Below, piece by piece: positions 60,264 to 64,000 of a stretch of DNA of 64,000 nucleotides. The stretch comes from Azolla caroliniana. Lineage: Eukaryota; Plantae; Polypodiophyta. The notes under the pieces are model-generated. The model searched no databases and was not told where the DNA came from. It saw only the letters and a program-made list of their open reading frames with translations. The stretch lies in the NCBI GenBank assembly GCA_043228905.1, contig JBHGNT010000002.1, forward strand, positions 2,914,001 to 2,978,000, read 5' to 3'. Position 1 is the stretch's first letter. Every line of letters starts with the position of its first letter. A program made the translations under genes and the position numbers.

Positions 60264-61250
60264 TGTGGCCAGAAACACTAACATCTTGTTGATGATGACT
60301 GCCATGAAGAGTTCAATAGCTTTTGCAGGTCCACCAAGGTAGTTTAAGTGGACATAATGTGTCTTGCTTGGCAGATGTGGATCTGTTGAGCGTCATCATT
60401 GGGTCATATGCGAAGTTCTGTGTGGCCAGAAACACTAACATCTTGTTGATGACGACTGCCATGAAGAGTCCAATAGCTTTTGCAGGTCCACCAAGGTAGT
60501 TTAAGTGGACATAATTGTTAGGAAACAAGTCCCTTCGGATGGGAAGTGAGAAGAACAATGTTGATGAGCAAACTCGGCCGAGGCCGAATCCGGATGTGGA
60601 GTACCTGGCAATAGAAGACCCGATGAGAACCGGATGTGGAGTACCCGACTACGGAAGACCCGGTGAGAACCGGATGACGAGTTCCCAGAAAGAGCCGGAT
60701 GGTGACGGCCCAGTGAGAAGTGTTCACTGGATGAAGGGACATATTCGTAAATATGTTTTCGAAGAGTCCATCGGGGCTATATTTGTAAATAGCCGAAAAG
60801 TCATATTAGTATAAATATGACTTAGGGCAAACTTAGTGGTAATGGTAGTTGTTATTCTTGTTGGTGCAAGATTCGAGTGCGTAACTGTGTACAGAGAGAG
60901 AGAGAGAGAGGAAGAGGTCATTGCCTCTGTTGTAACCACCGCATGTGGTGAAGATAGCAAGCTCGAGGTCGTTGCCTCGGTGCTTTACTATTGTACATTG
61001 TGATATAGTGATAGTTTGCAGTCTGTGGGCTGCCGTGGTTTTTCCCTAGTTTGGGTTTTCCACGTTAACATCCTGTGTACTCTTCTCTTCACTGTGTCGT
61101 GCGTTCATTACCCGTTTTCTGTGTTTGATCCTAGGCTCGGTTGTGGCCGAGCATTGTTCATCGGGAGCGTGTATTCCTGTCAATAATGTGTCTTGCTTGG
61201 TAGATGTGGATCTGTCGAGCGTCATCATTGGGTCATATGCAAAGTTCTAT
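60264..61250. repeat. 157-bp tandem duplication whose second unit is split by a solo LTR
   Basis: TGTGGCCAGAAACACTAACATC at 60264 and 60421; unit 2 resumes at 61183. Confidence 0.88.
60516..61182 (+). mobile_element. Solo LTR (667 bp) related to the element B LTR
   Basis: TG...CA termini; TSD ATAAT at 60511-60515 and 61183-61187. Shares the TATA module, CCGTGGTTTTTCCC..GGGTTTTCCACG and CTCGGTTGTGGCCGAG with the reverse complement of the B LTR. Confidence 0.93.
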
Positions 61251-61549
61251 GTGAGCCTGAAGTTTACAATCTCATATGACGCAATGATGAAGCTCGTCAT
61301 TACTTTGGAAGAGTTCATGATGCCTTGGGAGTATAAGTTGTAGATGCGTCAATAGTATTATTGCTCGTCTTTGAGGAGGTGGCCATGTTGAGCTCGTGTC
61401 ATGGTGAGCTCACTATACAATCGAGTTCCAATCTCCTCAGGTCAAGCTGTGTCGGTAATAGCCTTGAGTTAAGCATATGTAAGTTGAATTAGTAAGGGGT
61501 TCATATTGACCAACTAAGAATTGAAGGGCTTTGTTCTCTGTTGTCAAGG

Positions 61550-63187
61550 TCCATAGTCATTCACATTACTAAATTGGATGCTTTGCCCAAGGCTAGAAGC
61601 AAGACTTAGAGGCAAGAGGCAGTTTGTCGAGTTTGTTGGAGCAAAACATGAAAACCTTGTGTGAAGGTAATGCACCTCGACTTCAACCCACATGGGATGG
61701 TTGGATGAATCAACCGCTTTTGGCTAATTCTCTCGTTCGGGATTCTATTGGAAATGTATTGGGCCTTAGACCTTGTCTTGCATGGGGAAAACTTGATAAT
61801 GGGCCAGCAACATCAGTAGGATCCTGGATTCATTTTCTGCAGATGCTAGAAGTGGATCGCCTTAAGCAGTTACATTCGATATATGGGGCAAAGACAATGA
61901 CAATGGATATTTCAGCAGCCTTTTCTCAGGCCTCATCGTGACTCCAGTCAATGCAGGAGCATATGTAGTTTGGTTGCCTAATGAATGGCACAATGCTCTT
62001 TGTTAAGGGAATTTCTACAGACGAGTGTATTTTTTATTTCCATATTCAATAGGATGATAAATTGCAGCCTTACACCCTCAGATAATTTGCTACAAAACCT
62101 ACTTGCTATTCCAATTAGGGTGATTGCCAAAACTGGTAAGAAATGGCTCCTGGATCCACAACCGTTAATAGCCCATTTGTTGGATACGCTTTGGCTATAT
62201 GCACGCCAGCTAATTAATAGGCTAATGTGGGACCCAGGGGGATGGTCTTGGACTAGTCCCATGATGGATCCAATGCAAAAAGTTCCGTTCTTTCAGTATA
62301 CTGTGAAATTTGGTAGAACCTTACTCATGTGTAAGAATATTCCAACTCCTGTGGCTCAAAAGCACTGGAATAAGTGGGGTGTATCAAGCAGTCATTTGAA
62401 GGCCTATTGGAAATGGATTTGTTCTCTTAGGGGACCAACAAAATAGACTCTCTTCAGATGGCTTTTGCTACATGCAACACTACCAGTAGGTTAATCTTTG
62501 AAAGGAAACGTGGCACCTGTTCTTAGACAGTGTAGTTATTGTGGTGACTTGTAGGAAACTACCAAGCATGCTCTCTGATCCTGTTCACTAGCTCAACAGG
62601 TATGGAATAAAGTTCTTTCTTTATTCCTGACAATTAATGTAGGTTGCCTATTCTCCTGGGGATCAGCGGTATGGGGGGGTCTCCATTCCAGTCTCTTATT
62701 GTATGAGGCAGATGATGCTCTAGAGGCTAAGACTGTCATCAACATGCATCTAATATCTGTCTCGTCTTTTCAGCAGCCTCGAAAGCAAATGCATGCAGCC
62801 CAAGTATGGAAAACAATATCCACGGTTACATTATGGACCTTATGGAAGTATCGATGTAAAAGACGATATGATTCTATAGTTCCCCCTCTCTAAGATATAT
62901 TGCTAGAATTATGGGACAACTTACTGGCGGTAGTGCGTGGGTAGTATGACAATATGTCGGGCCCTTCGGAGGTTGTTCTTAAGAAAAAGAAAAAATTACT
63001 GCAGTTATGGAGGAAGTTGCCTCTATTCACGATCTCCTCTCAAGGACCAATTTGGAAATATCATCATCCATGGTCCTTCCCCTGATTATCCTTTTTGTAT
63101 ATAATACTCTCTAAATTGTATAGTTTGTAGCCTTATGGCATTTTTTCTTAATACTAATGAAGGAAATCTTTTTGGAAAAAAAAAAAA
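61550..63187 (+). mobile_element. 5'-truncated L1-type LINE with poly(A) tail
   Basis: zf-RVT-like WKWI..LF.WLLLH..LP..CSYC..ET..HAL..C, and LWTLWKYRC. Poly(A) at 63176-63187. Many stops; the 5' end is approximate. Confidence 0.78.
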
Positions 63188-63189
63188 CA

Positions 63190-64000
63190 TAATGCAATGT
63201 CTAGAGGGGTCATATCTATTCACTTACCTCCAAGGGCATATAGATCTTCTCACCCAATTATCCACTTTATCCAAGAATGGATCTACATCAGGAGTTACAA
63301 CATGAATAGGTGCCTACATATGCCCATCAGGAGCGTCATTTTGTTGTCCAATATCATCTACCTCAATAACACTAGTTCATTAATATTTCTAGCTAAAAGT
63401 AGTGCATCCAGAGGGTTCATATTAGATTTAACTTGTGGTTCTAAATGCTAAAATTTGACTCTTTTATGGTTATAATTATAGGCAGAATAATTTTTTGGTA
63501 GCCTTGTCATATTAAGTACAACATCTTGGCTGCATATTACCTTCTTGAGTTGAGGTAACGAAATCCTATAGGCCATTTCACCTTCATCTCCATAACCCAT
63601 AAAGATTCCTTTCTTGGACTTTGCATCCAACTTGCTTCTTAACTTAGGCCTTATAAGCACAAAAGCATCATAGCCAATATGTGTAGTTGGTCATACAAAG
63701 GTGGTTTGTCATACCAAACCTATCAGCAATGCCACCTTTTAAGGGCATATTAGGGGGAGATTAGTTGTGGATAACATGAATCTCACCCTCTCACATAAAG
63801 TCTTGTTATACCTTTCAACCACACCATTGGAAGAGGGGTTGTATGGGACTGGTACCACGATTTTCACAAAATCTATTAAATTCAGCACTTGTAAACTCAC
63901 CCCCATTGTCTATGCATAAGCGTTTAAGATTTCTACATGTTTTGGTTGTAACAAATGCATGAAATTTCTTAAATACAACAAACGCTTTATGATTTTAACA
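63190..64000 (-). mobile_element. Degenerate copia integrase fragment
   Basis: KRLCIDNGGEFTS, NGVVERYNKTL, RSKLDAKSKKGIFMGYG. Confidence 0.8.

Noticed and set aside
59730-60285. Another solo LTR (contains ACGTGGAAAACCCT..AAAACCACG, like the B LTR)
   Set aside because: Only one motif matches; termini and TSD could not be defined.

Overview
Eukaryotic nuclear DNA from a land plant; the TE types, microsatellite density and gene style suggest a large-genome seed-free plant such as a fern (inference). Four host genes sit in a matrix of nested transposons: a 9-exon GDPD4-like glycerophosphodiester phosphodiesterase (24652-27881 +), a CCX cation/Ca2+ exchanger (29833-32025 +), an ARM-fold protein (34785-35984 +) and a PAT1-clade GRAS factor (48905-50761 -). 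Positions 1-10885 hold an older Ty1/copia split by a very young copia (1289-6673; 635-bp LTRs, 2 mismatches, GCTTC TSD). A LINE at ~11145-17233 is split by a hAT transposon (11612-15390). A Mutator-like element with ~160-bp TIRs (18271-24334) lies inside an (ACAT)n array. There are also two solo LTRs with TSDs, L1-type LINE fragments, two copies of a tRNA-derived SINE, and further copia and probable gypsy remnants. The strongest leads are: (1) the MULE with an extra zinc-finger-like gene and >20 copies of one motif, reminiscent of VANDAL/VANC anti-silencing; (2) a long in-frame extension past copia RNase H; (3) a heat-shock-element array in a solo LTR; (4) a three-palindrome TATA module conserved between LTRs; (5) a spliced uORF candidate in the GRAS leader; (6) a decapeptide repeat in the CCX N-terminus. 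Family assignments come from motif recognition only; no searches were run.
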